IMG/VR virus record: IMGVR_UViG_3300026320_000001 | Coordinates: 64,001-128,000 of that record | Direction: 5' to 3' (one strand) | From: a virus | Length of the DNA stretch: 64,000 nt | Part shown: piece by piece, positions 11,540 to 21,333 of the stretch | How the letters are laid out: every line of letters begins with the position of its first letter | Numbering within the stretch: position 1 is the first letter of the stretch | Made by a program: the position numbers and the translations under genes | The notes under the pieces: generated by a model | The model's database searches: none | Seen by the model: only the letters and a program-made list of their open reading frames with translations | What the model was told of the DNA's origin: nothing

Positions 11540-11557
11540 ATAAAATAGTTCTTTTAT
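11540..11557. repeat. junction inverted repeat
   Basis: ttgATAAAA TAGTTC TTTTATtaa, just downstream of the 11477 promoter. Confidence 0.85.
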
Positions 11558-11576
11558 TAATAGAAGGAAAAAATTA

Positions 11577-12050
11577 ATGTACAATTATTTAATTGATAGA
11601 TATGGAAAAATTTGTTTGGAATTGGCAAAACAATGTAAATCTGATGTGGGATTTGGTTCTGTGCTTGTAAAAAATAATAAGATATTAGGACAAGGTAGAA
11701 ATAGACTTTCAACAGCAGAAGAACGGAAATTGTTATCACATGTTGATTATGCTATTCATGCAGAACAAGCGGCAATCCTTGATGCAATAAAAAATGGATA
11801 CAATATTTCTAATGCAAAAGTATATGTTTTAGGGTTGGCATTGCGTGGAAAAAATAAAGGAAATTTAACAATAAGAACAGAACGTGTTTTTATTTGTCAC
11901 AAATGCCCTCATGCTTTTATAAAACATAATGTATCAGTTAATATACCTCATGTAAATGGATGGATGAATATCTCAAAAGAAGAATCATTGATAATTGGAA
12001 AACAATTATCTCAAAAAGGATATTGGAAAGATTTTGTAAATAAAAATTGA
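11577..12050 (+). CDS. zinc-dependent cytidine/dCMP deaminase-family protein
   Basis: FGSVLVKNNKILGQGRN, HAEQAA, CHKC. Confidence 0.8.
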   Translation: MYNYLIDRYGKICLELAKQCKSDVGFGSVLVKNNKILGQGRNRLSTAEERKLLSHVDYAIHAEQAAILDAIKNGYNISNAKVYVLGLALRGKNKGNLTIRTERVFICHKCPHAFIKHNVSVNIPHVNGWMNISKEESLIIGKQLSQKGYWKDFVNKN

Positions 12051-12059
12051 CACAGGAGA

Positions 12060-13709
12060 ATGATGATTAAGTTTTTGGCAAGTATTTTATTTGTAATTAG
12101 ATTTTTTAAAAAGAATAAAAAAGTATCACAATATTTAATAACAACACTTGTATTATTTTCTATATTTTATTTTTTCAATTCAGATATGGCTATCACAATG
12201 ATTTCCTTAATTCTGAGATTGGGATTTTCTGCATTATTATTAATATCTCAGTTTGCATTTTTATTTATGTTTATGGCTCGTTCAAAAACAATTACAATTA
12301 TTCCGGGAGATAAAAATCAATTAACATTGAATGATTATAAAGGCCAAGATATTCTTGTCGAAAATATGAGACAATGGATAAAAACGCTTCGAGGAGACAA
12401 AAAATTTCAAGAAATGGGCGGTGAACCACCAAGAGGATTATTGCTCGTTGGAAGAGCGGGAACTGGCAAGACTCAGTTGTTAAAGTGTTTAAGTGGTGAA
12501 GCAGGGATTGCAATGCACGCAATTGAAGGAAGTGGATTTAAGGCAATGTTTTGGGGAATTGATATTTTAAAGATGAATCAATTTGTTAACAAAGCAAGAA
12601 ATCTTGCATTAGAATATGGTAGTGCAATCTGTTATATTGATGAAATTGATGCTGTAGCTTCTTCTAGAGGGGGAGTTATGGGAGGACAAAATCAACCAGC
12701 CGGAATGATGGGCATAGGTGGAGGTTCTCTATCAACATTATTAACTCAAATGGATGGTCTTTCAGAAGAACGCGAATTTATTAAATGCCAAAATATTATT
12801 AGAAAATTGTTTGGTATGAAATCAATAAATGAAGGATATGTAATGTTTGTTGGTGCAACAAATAGACCTGATGTTCTTGACCCTGCAATTGTCAGAGCCG
12901 GAAGATTAGATAAAACAATTACTGTTGAACCACCAGACGCAAAAGGAAGAAAAGAAATATTTGAATATTACTTGAATAAAATCAAACATGATGATATAAA
13001 TGTTGATAGTGTTGTTGCATTTTCTCATGGAATAACTCCGGCAGAAATTGCAATGTCTGTTCAAAGAGACAGCGTTAGAAATGCAAGATTTGCAAATAGA
13101 AATTCTGTAACACAAGAAGATTTAGAGTGGGCATTAGTAGAAGAACGTGCTGGATTTTCAAATCCAATTGATAACATGCCAATAGAACAACAAAAACAAG
13201 TATGTATTCATGAAAGTGGACATGCTGTTGCATTATATCATCTTAGAAAAGATAGATTAATTAGTTTTGTTTCTACCGTTAGAAGAGGTTCAGCTTTGGG
13301 AATGGTTATTCCTGTTGATACAGAAACTAATTATGCAATTCCTTTAAAAAGCTTTATTGCAGATATTAGAATTTCTATGGCTGGAGATAAGGCAACAGAA
13401 GTTCTTCTCGGAGAACGTTGGACTGGTGCTAGGGGAGATATTGAACATATTAAAAATTATGTTTCTTACTTGGTTCATCATGGAGTTTTTGGTCAAATAC
13501 CATTTGGAAATAGTGAAAGTATTATGAATAATGAACAAGTACAAAAATGGATAATCTCACAATGGGAAGCAACACAAGAATTCTGTGAAAATCATATTGA
13601 TGAAATTAGAGTTTTATCAGACGTTCTAATGGAAAAGAAAGAACTTCCCGGTAGAGAAGCAATTAAAATTATTGAAAGTGTTATAGGAGAAAGAAAAAAT
13701 GAATCGTGA
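12060..13709 (+). CDS. FtsH-like membrane AAA+ Zn metalloprotease
   Basis: N-terminal TM helices, GLLLVGRAGTGKT (Walker A), YIDEIDA (Walker B), ATNRPDVLDPAIVRAGRLD (SRH), HESGH, GARGD. Confidence 0.9.
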   Translation: MMIKFLASILFVIRFFKKNKKVSQYLITTLVLFSIFYFFNSDMAITMISLILRLGFSALLLISQFAFLFMFMARSKTITIIPGDKNQLTLNDYKGQDILVENMRQWIKTLRGDKKFQEMGGEPPRGLLLVGRAGTGKTQLLKCLSGEAGIAMHAIEGSGFKAMFWGIDILKMNQFVNKARNLALEYGSAICYIDEIDAVASSRGGVMGGQNQPAGMMGIGGGSLSTLLTQMDGLSEEREFIKCQNIIRKLFGMKSINEGYVMFVGATNRPDVLDPAIVRAGRLDKTITVEPPDAKGRKEIFEYYLNKIKHDDINVDSVVAFSHGITPAEIAMSVQRDSVRNARFANRNSVTQEDLEWALVEERAGFSNPIDNMPIEQQKQVCIHESGHAVALYHLRKDRLISFVSTVRRGSALGMVIPVDTETNYAIPLKSFIADIRISMAGDKATEVLLGERWTGARGDIEHIKNYVSYLVHHGVFGQIPFGNSESIMNNEQVQKWIISQWEATQEFCENHIDEIRVLSDVLMEKKELPGREAIKIIESVIGERKNES

Positions 13710-14340
13710 CAATATTATAAAATATGAAACTTATTTATTGATTATTTCAGTTATTATTGGGTTTTCACATTTACCTCCAATTAAAAAATTAATTGATAAT
13801 AAAAGACAGGAAATAAAACAATCTTATGTGGAAAATAGAATCATAGATTGCTTTAATCAAAAACAAACTAAAACATATAACTATTCAATTGGTGTAAAAT
13901 ATGATGAAAAATTATCTTATACATATATTTATATTGTCGTAAATCATGATGAAGTTAAAAGAGAAGTATTAAGAAATTATTCTATTGCTTTAGCTTGTGT
14001 TGTAAAATATACGGACAATGTAAAAACAATTGCTGTTATTGACCATTATTTTTTTCCTTTCTATAATATTGAAACAAATCAAGTAAGTTATGAATTACGT
14101 GTATTTGGAATATTGAAAGTTGATAACATTCAATCTGCGAATAATTTTATAGATGCATTTGCAAAAAAGGATGTTGTATTAAAAGATGACCCAAATATTG
14201 CATTTTTAAATTTTTATACTTTTGAAAATTATTTTGGAATTCAATTGGCTGACCTTAGATTTATTAATCATTCTCTTATAATGAATGCTTTGAAAAAAGT
14301 TATTTCACAATATGGTGCAAATAGCGCAAGAGGATTATAA
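13699..14340 (+). CDS. hypothetical protein with N-terminal membrane anchor
   Basis: LLIISVIIGF; overlaps the end of the FtsH-like gene. Confidence 0.6.
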   Translation: MNRDNIIKYETYLLIISVIIGFSHLPPIKKLIDNKRQEIKQSYVENRIIDCFNQKQTKTYNYSIGVKYDEKLSYTYIYIVVNHDEVKREVLRNYSIALACVVKYTDNVKTIAVIDHYFFPFYNIETNQVSYELRVFGILKVDNIQSANNFIDAFAKKDVVLKDDPNIAFLNFYTFENYFGIQLADLRFINHSLIMNALKKVISQYGANSARGL

Positions 14341-14508
14341 TGAATATTATAAAAATTATTATTTGTTTATTATTTCATTGGATGCCCAAAGAAGGATATT
14401 ATATTAAAGATGGATATGGATATAATTATCCACAATATCATTGGGGTTGTAAATTTTGTGATAGAACATGGACAACTGAAAATTTTAGATAATTTATAAA
14501 AAAGGATA

Positions 14509-14775
14509 ATGAAATATTTAAAAATACTTGGAAGAGATTTAATAATTTTATTTACTTTCTTTTTGAAATTGATTTCATATGGTGGAATACTTTTTTTTGG
14601 ATTTTTCTTGATTATGGATATTCCAATTAAATTTGCAATGGAAAATCCAAATGAATTTTTTACTATTGTATTCTATATTGAAAATGTCATTCTTATTTCT
14701 TTACTTTTATTTTTTCCTGTATTGACTATAAAATTATATATTGAAGATGTAAAAGAAAGAGCAAACGAAGAATAA
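14509..14775 (+). CDS. small membrane protein
   Basis: Two hydrophobic segments, AAGGA RBS. Confidence 0.6.
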   Translation: MKYLKILGRDLIILFTFFLKLISYGGILFFGFFLIMDIPIKFAMENPNEFFTIVFYIENVILISLLLFFPVLTIKLYIEDVKERANEE

Positions 14776-14802
14776 TTGTTTTGCACAATACAAAAGGATA
14801 TA

Positions 14803-15435
14803 ATGATAACAACAGATAATTATAAAACACTTGATGATGCTTATTCATATTTTAATAAAAAATTATTTGATGATAAATTACCAGATTGTATTATAACATT
14901 TCAAAGACAATCTAGAACATTGGGATATTATCATCATGAAAAATTTGAAGAACGTGATGCCAAAAATAAAATCAGTGAAATAGCATTAAATCCAGACCAT
15001 TTTAAAGAACAAACTGATATGGATATATTAGATACTCTAGTTCACGAAATGGTTCATTTACTTCAATGGTATTTTGGAGAACCATCAAGAAAAGGTTATC
15101 ATAATAAAGAATGGGGGACTATGATGAAATCTATTGGCTTATATCCTTCATCAACTGGTGAACCCGGCGGAAAAGAAACTGGTCAAACTGTAAGTGATTA
15201 TGTTATTTCAGGTGGAAAATTTGAAATTGTTTGTGGTGCTTTTCTATTGAAAAATAGTTTGAAATGGAATAGTTTACCCGTTGTTAAAGTTTTGAAAGAT
15301 GAAGTTAAAAATAAAACGAGAGAAAAATATTGCTGTCCTAAATGCTTTTTAAATGTTTGGGGTAAGAAAAATATAAAAATAATTTGTGGAGAGTGTAAAA
15401 TAAAAATGGAAATAGAAAAAGAAAATGATTGGTGA
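14803..15435 (+). CDS. SprT-like zinc metalloprotease
   Basis: YFNKKLF, EIALNP, TLVHEMVH, GYHNKEW, C-terminal CxxC pairs. Confidence 0.85.
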   Translation: MITTDNYKTLDDAYSYFNKKLFDDKLPDCIITFQRQSRTLGYYHHEKFEERDAKNKISEIALNPDHFKEQTDMDILDTLVHEMVHLLQWYFGEPSRKGYHNKEWGTMMKSIGLYPSSTGEPGGKETGQTVSDYVISGGKFEIVCGAFLLKNSLKWNSLPVVKVLKDEVKNKTREKYCCPKCFLNVWGKKNIKIICGECKIKMEIEKENDW

Positions 15436-16114
15436 ACTTAGCAGAAATTCTGGAATATACTGTTTTGAAAATATAATTAATGGAAAAAAATATATAGGAA
15501 AATCAATAAATATTAAACAAAGAGTAAATTTTCACATTAGAGAGTTAAATAAAAATTCTGACTCATGTTCCTATCTTCAAAATGCATGGAACAAATATGA
15601 CGAAAATAGTTTTTTAATATATGTAATAAAACTATGTAAAGAAGAAGATTTAATAAAAAAAGAAATTTTTTATATTAAAAAATTCAATACCAAAAGACCT
15701 AATGGATATAATTTAACAGATGGAGGAGAAGGTGTTGCAGGATTAGTTTTTAGCGAAGAAAGAAAAAAATTAATGTCTGGAAAAAATCATCCTAAATATG
15801 GAACACACCATTCCGAAGAAACAAAACTGAAAATAGGAAAAGCCCAATCAAGATTTAAAAGTTATATTTTTGGTAAAAAGAGAAAAAATAGTAAATCAAA
15901 ATATTTTGGTGTAAGATACTCAAAAGTTAACGGAATAATTTATTGGCGAGCGCAAATTAGAGAAAATAAAAAAACAATTGGTATTGGAAATTTTAAAAAA
16001 CAAATTCATGCCGCACGAGCATATGACAAATATGTGGTTGATAATAATTTACCAAGACCTCTGAATTTTCCAAAAGATTATAAAAATTTCATAATTGAAA
16101 AGGATGATGAATAA
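15425..16114 (+). CDS. GIY-YIG endonuclease with NUMOD3 and AP2 domains
   Basis: SGIYCFEN...KKYIGKS, GYNLTDGG, HSEETKLKI, SKYFGV...AARAYD...LNF. Confidence 0.9.
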   Translation: MIGELSRNSGIYCFENIINGKKYIGKSINIKQRVNFHIRELNKNSDSCSYLQNAWNKYDENSFLIYVIKLCKEEDLIKKEIFYIKKFNTKRPNGYNLTDGGEGVAGLVFSEERKKLMSGKNHPKYGTHHSEETKLKIGKAQSRFKSYIFGKKRKNSKSKYFGVRYSKVNGIIYWRAQIRENKKTIGIGNFKKQIHAARAYDKYVVDNNLPRPLNFPKDYKNFIIEKDDE

Positions 16115-16485
16115 TGAATAAATGCATACTTTGTACATTTTTTAAAATGATTTGGCAAGGTTTGAGAGATAATACCTGCCCAAGCATTGATAAGAAAAAA
16201 GAAGAAAAGAAAACACCAACCTTAAAGATTGTTAGAGAATATTTTTTCGCTATTGTTTTCGGTATTATTTTAACTTTTTTGCTTTGGGGTGTCGGATATT
16301 TGATTTTATGGGTCATAGCATTATTATTAAATGTAACAATTGGCACTATATTGTCTTGGTTAGGGATTTTTATTTTTCTTCCAGTCGGTTTAATTGTGTT
16401 GGTGATTCTCATAGTAGAATTTGCTAAAATTAGAATTGCTTGCATCAAGGCATATTGGCGAAAAGCCAAAGAAGAATGTGAATAA
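16114..16485 (+). CDS. membrane protein
   Basis: Long hydrophobic stretch. Confidence 0.6.
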   Translation: MNKCILCTFFKMIWQGLRDNTCPSIDKKKEEKKTPTLKIVREYFFAIVFGIILTFLLWGVGYLILWVIALLLNVTIGTILSWLGIFIFLPVGLIVLVILIVEFAKIRIACIKAYWRKAKEECE

Positions 16486-16486
16486 A

Positions 16487-16717
16487 ATGTATCTTGATTG
16501 GATTCTAAGTATATTAACAATTGCAATGAATATAATGTTGGGAAAGAAAATTAAATGGGGGTGGATTATCATGTTTATTTTAAGTTTATTGTGGATATAT
16601 TATGCATTATCTTTAAATCCTCCACAATATGGTTTACTTCCAGCAATCATTGCAAACCTAATTATTTCTGTTCCTAGTGCAATCAAATGGTTTAAGGAAG
16701 ATAAAGCGAATCAATAA
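16487..16717 (+). CDS. three-TM PnuC/SemiSWEET-like membrane protein
   Basis: DWILSILTI...KKIKWGW...LWIYYAL...YGLL pattern of short phage PnuC-like proteins. Confidence 0.5.
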   Translation: MYLDWILSILTIAMNIMLGKKIKWGWIIMFILSLLWIYYALSLNPPQYGLLPAIIANLIISVPSAIKWFKEDKANQ

Positions 16718-16731
16718 AATTTCACTTTTAT
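16714..16731. repeat. junction inverted repeat
   Basis: ATAAAA TTTCAC TTTTATcaa; its TAA is the stop at 16717. Confidence 0.85.
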
Positions 16732-17272
16732 CAATATAGAGGCAATAATGTTTACTAAAAGAAAATCAGAATTAGAATTTGGAATTAGTGCTGGAAAAAA
16801 TGTTTATAATGCAGAATTAAAAAGTAACGGTGTTAAAAAAATAATATTACAATGGATTGAGGGAAGAGAATCTATTTATATTAAATTTGCTGATATTTTT
16901 GGTTATAAAGAAATGTGGGGAGTGTTTGGTATTGATGAGTTTATTGTAATGGCAGAAGAATTAAAAAAATTAAAAGAAGAAAATAAAGGAAAATAATTAT
17001 GGATGAATTTATTGCTGGAATAATTGTCGGATTACTTGTTGCATATCTTATTTGCATTGTCATAGTGTGGAGTTAATTATGAATAACGAAGATGATTTAA
17101 TAGTATCAAATAATGAAAACAAAGAAAATAAGATAAGAGTATTTCCACAAATTAAAAAAATGATTCGTAGAGAATTATTGAATGAATTGATAGTTGTATT
17201 TTCAGATATAAATACTGATTGGTCAACCAATGACTTGATTAATTTCTTAACTTCTTATGATGAGAAATAAAA

Positions 17273-17479
17273 ATGTACATAGAAAATGTAATTGAAGAAT
17301 TGAGAGTTGGCGGGAAAATAAGAAGAACCATGTGGTTAGAAGATGCCCATATAAAAATTATTATTTTGAATGGTGATTTTTCTTCTGACATATTGATGTA
17401 TCATAAACGTGATGAATCTTTTTATGATTTTTCTACAGAAGATTTATTAGCAAATGATTGGGAAATTTATCGTAAATAA
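17273..17479 (+). CDS. DUF2829 / Tad2-like anti-defence sponge candidate
   Basis: EELRVGGKIRRTMW...FSTEDLLANDWEI matches the DUF2829 pattern (G.K..R..W ... S..D.LA.DW). Confidence 0.65.
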   Translation: MYIENVIEELRVGGKIRRTMWLEDAHIKIIILNGDFSSDILMYHKRDESFYDFSTEDLLANDWEIYRK

Positions 17480-18071
17480 AAGGAGTAAAATTATGTTTAA
17501 TAAAAATAAAAAAGAACAAAAACCAGTAGAAAAAAAGTTATCGGATTTTGATGAAAAAACTTTGAATGATATGAGAGATAAAACGACAAAGCAAGTAGAA
17601 GAATTGACAAAAATTGATGACATCATTAAGCCAGTATGTAAACAATGCGGTGGATTATTGCATGAATTAAATCCCAAAATAAAAATGGAAGATTTGATTT
17701 TGAATGAATGTTCTAGCTGTGGAGAAAGAGAATATTTAAAGGTGTTGAATTAATGAAAAAGGTTACAATTTATTCAAATGAAGATAATTTATATATTTCC
17801 AGATATAAATATGATGAACTTTATTATACTGTTCTTGTGAAAGATTATGATTTGGCAACAGATTTTAAAAATTATGGACTTTTAAAATATTGGTTTATTT
17901 GGAGATTTAATAAAAAATATAATTTAAAATTTAGAATAAGAAATTTTGAATTTTTATCATGGCACATAGAAGATAATTTGCAATGGAATATGAATAATTG
18001 GTGGAAAAATATTATATTAATTTGGAATGAAATCAAACATGAATTCAAAAAAGAAATGAAAAGGATTAAGA

Positions 18072-18335
18072 ATGAACAAACCAATTAAAGTTTGGCATTT
18101 TATGAAAGAATTTGCGGAAGCACTAGAAGAACAATTGAGAAGTGATGATTTAAGATGGGGAGATACTTGGTTAGATAGAACAATAACTGGACAAACAGAA
18201 AGAACAGAAATTGAATTCATGAAATATTTTGACCAATATAAACATGTTGGTAAAGATGTTAATTGGCTTGCTGTTGCCGGAAATGCAATGATTTGTTGGA
18301 TAAGAACAAAGCACCCTGAAATGTTTAAACCATAA
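18072..18335 (+). CDS. hypothetical helical protein, possibly all-alpha NTP-pyrophosphatase-like
   Basis: RWGDTW...WLAVAGNAMICW; weak resemblance only. Confidence 0.3.
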   Translation: MNKPIKVWHFMKEFAEALEEQLRSDDLRWGDTWLDRTITGQTERTEIEFMKYFDQYKHVGKDVNWLAVAGNAMICWIRTKHPEMFKP

Positions 18336-18338
18336 CCT

Positions 18339-19022
18339 ATGATTTCATATTATGGGTCTAAAAGCAAAGTAATTAAATATTATCCAAAACCAATACATGA
18401 TTTGATAATTGAACCATTTGCAGGAAGTGCCAGATATGCATTAGAATATTTTGAAAAAGATGTAATACTTATTGAAAAATATGAGACACTTTATAAAATA
18501 TGGAAATATCTTCAACAATGTTCACCTAAAGATATTCTTGGTCTTCCTAAAATGAAATCTGGTGAAACAACAGATGATTATAATTTTGATTGTATTGAAG
18601 CAAAATGGCTTATGGGATTCATGGTTCAACAGGGAGTTAATGCACCTCGAAAGACTGTTTCAAAAGTTGGTAATTTTGGCAAATGTATAGAGCGTGATAA
18701 AATGCGAATTTCATCAAGTCTTTATAAAATCAAGCATTGGGATATAAGACTCGGTGATTATAGAGATTTGAAAAATAAAAAGGCCACATGGTTTATTGAC
18801 CCTCCTTATCAATATGGGGGAGAATATTATCATTCAAGTGTTAATAATTCTCATTTAGATTTCAAAGAATTGTCAAAATGGTGCAAAAAAAGAAGGGGGC
18901 AAACGATAGTCTGTGAGAATACAAAAGCTAATTGGATGAATTTTAAACCATTAAAAGAAATGCATGGAAGTAAAAATACAACCACTGAAGCAATATGGTA
19001 TAAGGAAAATAATGGAATTTAA
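18339..19022 (+). CDS. Dam-like (D12 class) N6-adenine DNA methyltransferase
   Basis: YYGSKSK, EPFAGSA, FIDPPY. Confidence 0.85.
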   Translation: MISYYGSKSKVIKYYPKPIHDLIIEPFAGSARYALEYFEKDVILIEKYETLYKIWKYLQQCSPKDILGLPKMKSGETTDDYNFDCIEAKWLMGFMVQQGVNAPRKTVSKVGNFGKCIERDKMRISSSLYKIKHWDIRLGDYRDLKNKKATWFIDPPYQYGGEYYHSSVNNSHLDFKELSKWCKKRRGQTIVCENTKANWMNFKPLKEMHGSKNTTTEAIWYKENNGI

Positions 19023-19215
19023 AGAATTTAAATTATTTGATGAAACTTATTATTTATGTAATGGATTGATATATTCCAAGAATGGAAGCAATGTGAATGA
19101 TACTTATCATGTTGTTGACAGTCAAAAACTTGCTTTTATAATAATAAAAATATATGGAATTATGACTGGAGAAAGTCTACATATTCCTCCAGCTAATCCA
19201 TAATATTTTTGGGTC

Positions 19216-19244
19216 TTGACAAAATCCAAATAATGTGATACAAT
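19216..19244 (+). promoter_or_regulatory. SigA-type promoter
   Basis: TTGACA-17 bp-TACAAT with extended TG. Confidence 0.75.
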
Positions 19245-19269
19245 TCTATCTTACTTAAAAAGGATAAAT

Positions 19270-19869
19270 ATGCCAGCAAAAACAAAAAAATATAAGATTA
19301 TATTGGCAGACCCGGCTTGGACTTTCAAAACCTACTCTCTTAAAGGTAAAGAAAAAAAATCAGCAGAAAATCATTATGATTGTATGACTATTGAAGATAT
19401 TTATAATCTTCCAGTACAAAATATATCTGATGATGATTGTGTTTTATTTTTATGGGTGACTTCACCTATGTTACGAGAAGGTTTAGAAACAATGAAACAA
19501 TGGAGTTTTACCTATAAAACAATTGGTTTTAATTGGGTTAAGAGAAATAAAATTGCAGATAGTTGGTTTTGGGGATTAGGATATTGGACTCGTCAAAATT
19601 CAGAATTATGTTTGATTGGAACAAAAGGAAAGCCAACAAGAATTTCTAAAGGTGTTCAACAACCTTTTGATACCGATAATCCCTTTGTTTTTTATGATAC
19701 AGAAACAATCACAGATAGAATCGCCCGTCATAGTCAAAAACCAGCAATTGTAAGAGATAGAATTGTTGATTTAATGGGGGATATTTCTAGAATAGAATTA
19801 TTCGCTAGAGATAAAACTAAAGGTTGGGATGTTTGGGGAAATGAAGTAAAATCTGATATTAAATTATAG
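19270..19869 (+). CDS. MT-A70 family adenine methyltransferase
   Basis: IILADPAW, LFLWVT, GLGYWTR, HSQKP, RIELFAR, GWDVWGNE. Confidence 0.9.
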   Translation: MPAKTKKYKIILADPAWTFKTYSLKGKEKKSAENHYDCMTIEDIYNLPVQNISDDDCVLFLWVTSPMLREGLETMKQWSFTYKTIGFNWVKRNKIADSWFWGLGYWTRQNSELCLIGTKGKPTRISKGVQQPFDTDNPFVFYDTETITDRIARHSQKPAIVRDRIVDLMGDISRIELFARDKTKGWDVWGNEVKSDIKL

Positions 19870-20095
19870 GAAAATAATATGGATACAACACTCATTGATA
19901 AGATATTTCCAAATGGCGTAAAAGAAGATGATACAAAAGTTATTGCTGATGTTATTATATTTGCCATAAAAAATAGAGATTCAAGCGCATGGGAAAAAGC
20001 TGGTTTGATGCTTATTGATAAACAAATAATTGATTGGGGAAAACATTGTATCAACATTGCCCATAGATTAGATAAGCAAAAGGAAAAAATTAAAA

Positions 20096-20296
20096 ATGCC
20101 ACTGTATGATTATTTTTGCGATTCATGTGAAAATGAATTTGAAGAAAAAATTTCATATGAAGAAATAGACAATAAAAAAATTAAATGTCCAAAATGTAAA
20201 AGTCAAAAAACAAAGAGAATTATTAATGCGAAACCATTTGTTCGTTATATTGGAGATGGTTGGACACAAGGAATTGATAGGTTGACTGATGAATAA
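20096..20296 (+). CDS. FmdB-family zinc-ribbon protein
   Basis: MPLYDYFCDSC...FE...CPKC...GDGW. Confidence 0.8.
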   Translation: MPLYDYFCDSCENEFEEKISYEEIDNKKIKCPKCKSQKTKRIINAKPFVRYIGDGWTQGIDRLTDE

Positions 20297-20852
20297 TCAA
20301 AAAATATTTGCTAGTGATATTGATGATGTCTTATTGAAATTAATACCTCATTGTTTAGATAAATATAATTTAAATTGGAATGATAATTTAAAAGAAGAAG
20401 ATATTACAGATTGGGCAATTTCTAGTTTTGTTAAACCTGAATGTGGAGAAAAATTTTTTAATTATTTTTCACCAGAAATTTATGATGATATTGATGTAGT
20501 TGAAAATTCATTGTGGGGAATTAATTGTTTAAGAACTCTCGGATATAGGGTTGTCTTTCTAACATCCAATGCTTTTTCTATCGGAAATATAAAGTTAAAT
20601 GCTCTAAATATTAGAGGATTTAATATTGATGAAAAAGATTATTTTGAAACTAGTGATAAATCCATTGATGGTTCACCAATAAAATATGATTGGTTATTAG
20701 ATGATAATATGGATAATATTTTATCAGCACAGGAAAAAGGAATATTATTCACAAGAGCATGGAATAAAAAATATGATTATCAACCTCGTGTTAATGAATG
20801 GATAGAATTAATTGAAAATTTAGAAAATATAACAAATAGGATTCTTGTATGA
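20289..20852 (+). CDS. HAD-family 5'(3')-deoxyribonucleotidase
   Basis: DIDDVL, FLTS, DK, LLDD, ILFTRAWN. Confidence 0.85.
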   Translation: MNNQKIFASDIDDVLLKLIPHCLDKYNLNWNDNLKEEDITDWAISSFVKPECGEKFFNYFSPEIYDDIDVVENSLWGINCLRTLGYRVVFLTSNAFSIGNIKLNALNIRGFNIDEKDYFETSDKSIDGSPIKYDWLLDDNMDNILSAQEKGILFTRAWNKKYDYQPRVNEWIELIENLENITNRILV

Positions 20853-21235
20853 CAAAAGATATAAAATTAAAAGATTCTGGAGAAAGAAGTTCATATAGTT
20901 CTGGTGCGGTTAGAGATAATTCTGAAGGAAAAGGAAGATTTGATTTAATACCGTATCAGGGAATGATTAGATTGGCTAGGCATTATGAAGCTGGTGCAAA
21001 GAAATATTCTGATAGAAATTGGGAAAAGGGAATGAATATTTCAAGATATGTTGATGCCGCATTAAGACATCTTTTTAAATATGTCGCCGGTTGGAATGAT
21101 GAAGACCATTTGGCCGCTGTAGCATGGAATGTGTTTAGTATAATGCATCACGAGCATTCATTACCAGAATTCCAAGATTTACCAATTTGGAAAGATAGAA
21201 AATCAAATTGGATTGTTGATGAAACAATTGAATAA
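20849..21235 (+). CDS. dATP/dGTP diphosphohydrolase (DUF5664)
   Basis: GAVRD..EGKGRFDLIP, GAKKYSDRNWEKG, AALRHL, EDHLAAVAWN. Confidence 0.85.
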   Translation: MTKDIKLKDSGERSSYSSGAVRDNSEGKGRFDLIPYQGMIRLARHYEAGAKKYSDRNWEKGMNISRYVDAALRHLFKYVAGWNDEDHLAAVAWNVFSIMHHEHSLPEFQDLPIWKDRKSNWIVDETIE

Positions 21236-21333
21236 ATATAAATAATAATCCGAAGAAATTTGGATTATTATTTTTTCTTAAATTTCAATAGAAGGGAGAT
21301 TGTTTGTAAAAAATAAAAATTTATGGAGGCTAT

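Noticed and set aside
20849-21235. Z-base or 7-deazaguanine DNA modification system
   Set aside because: Only DUF5664 is present; the biosynthetic genes are absent from the window
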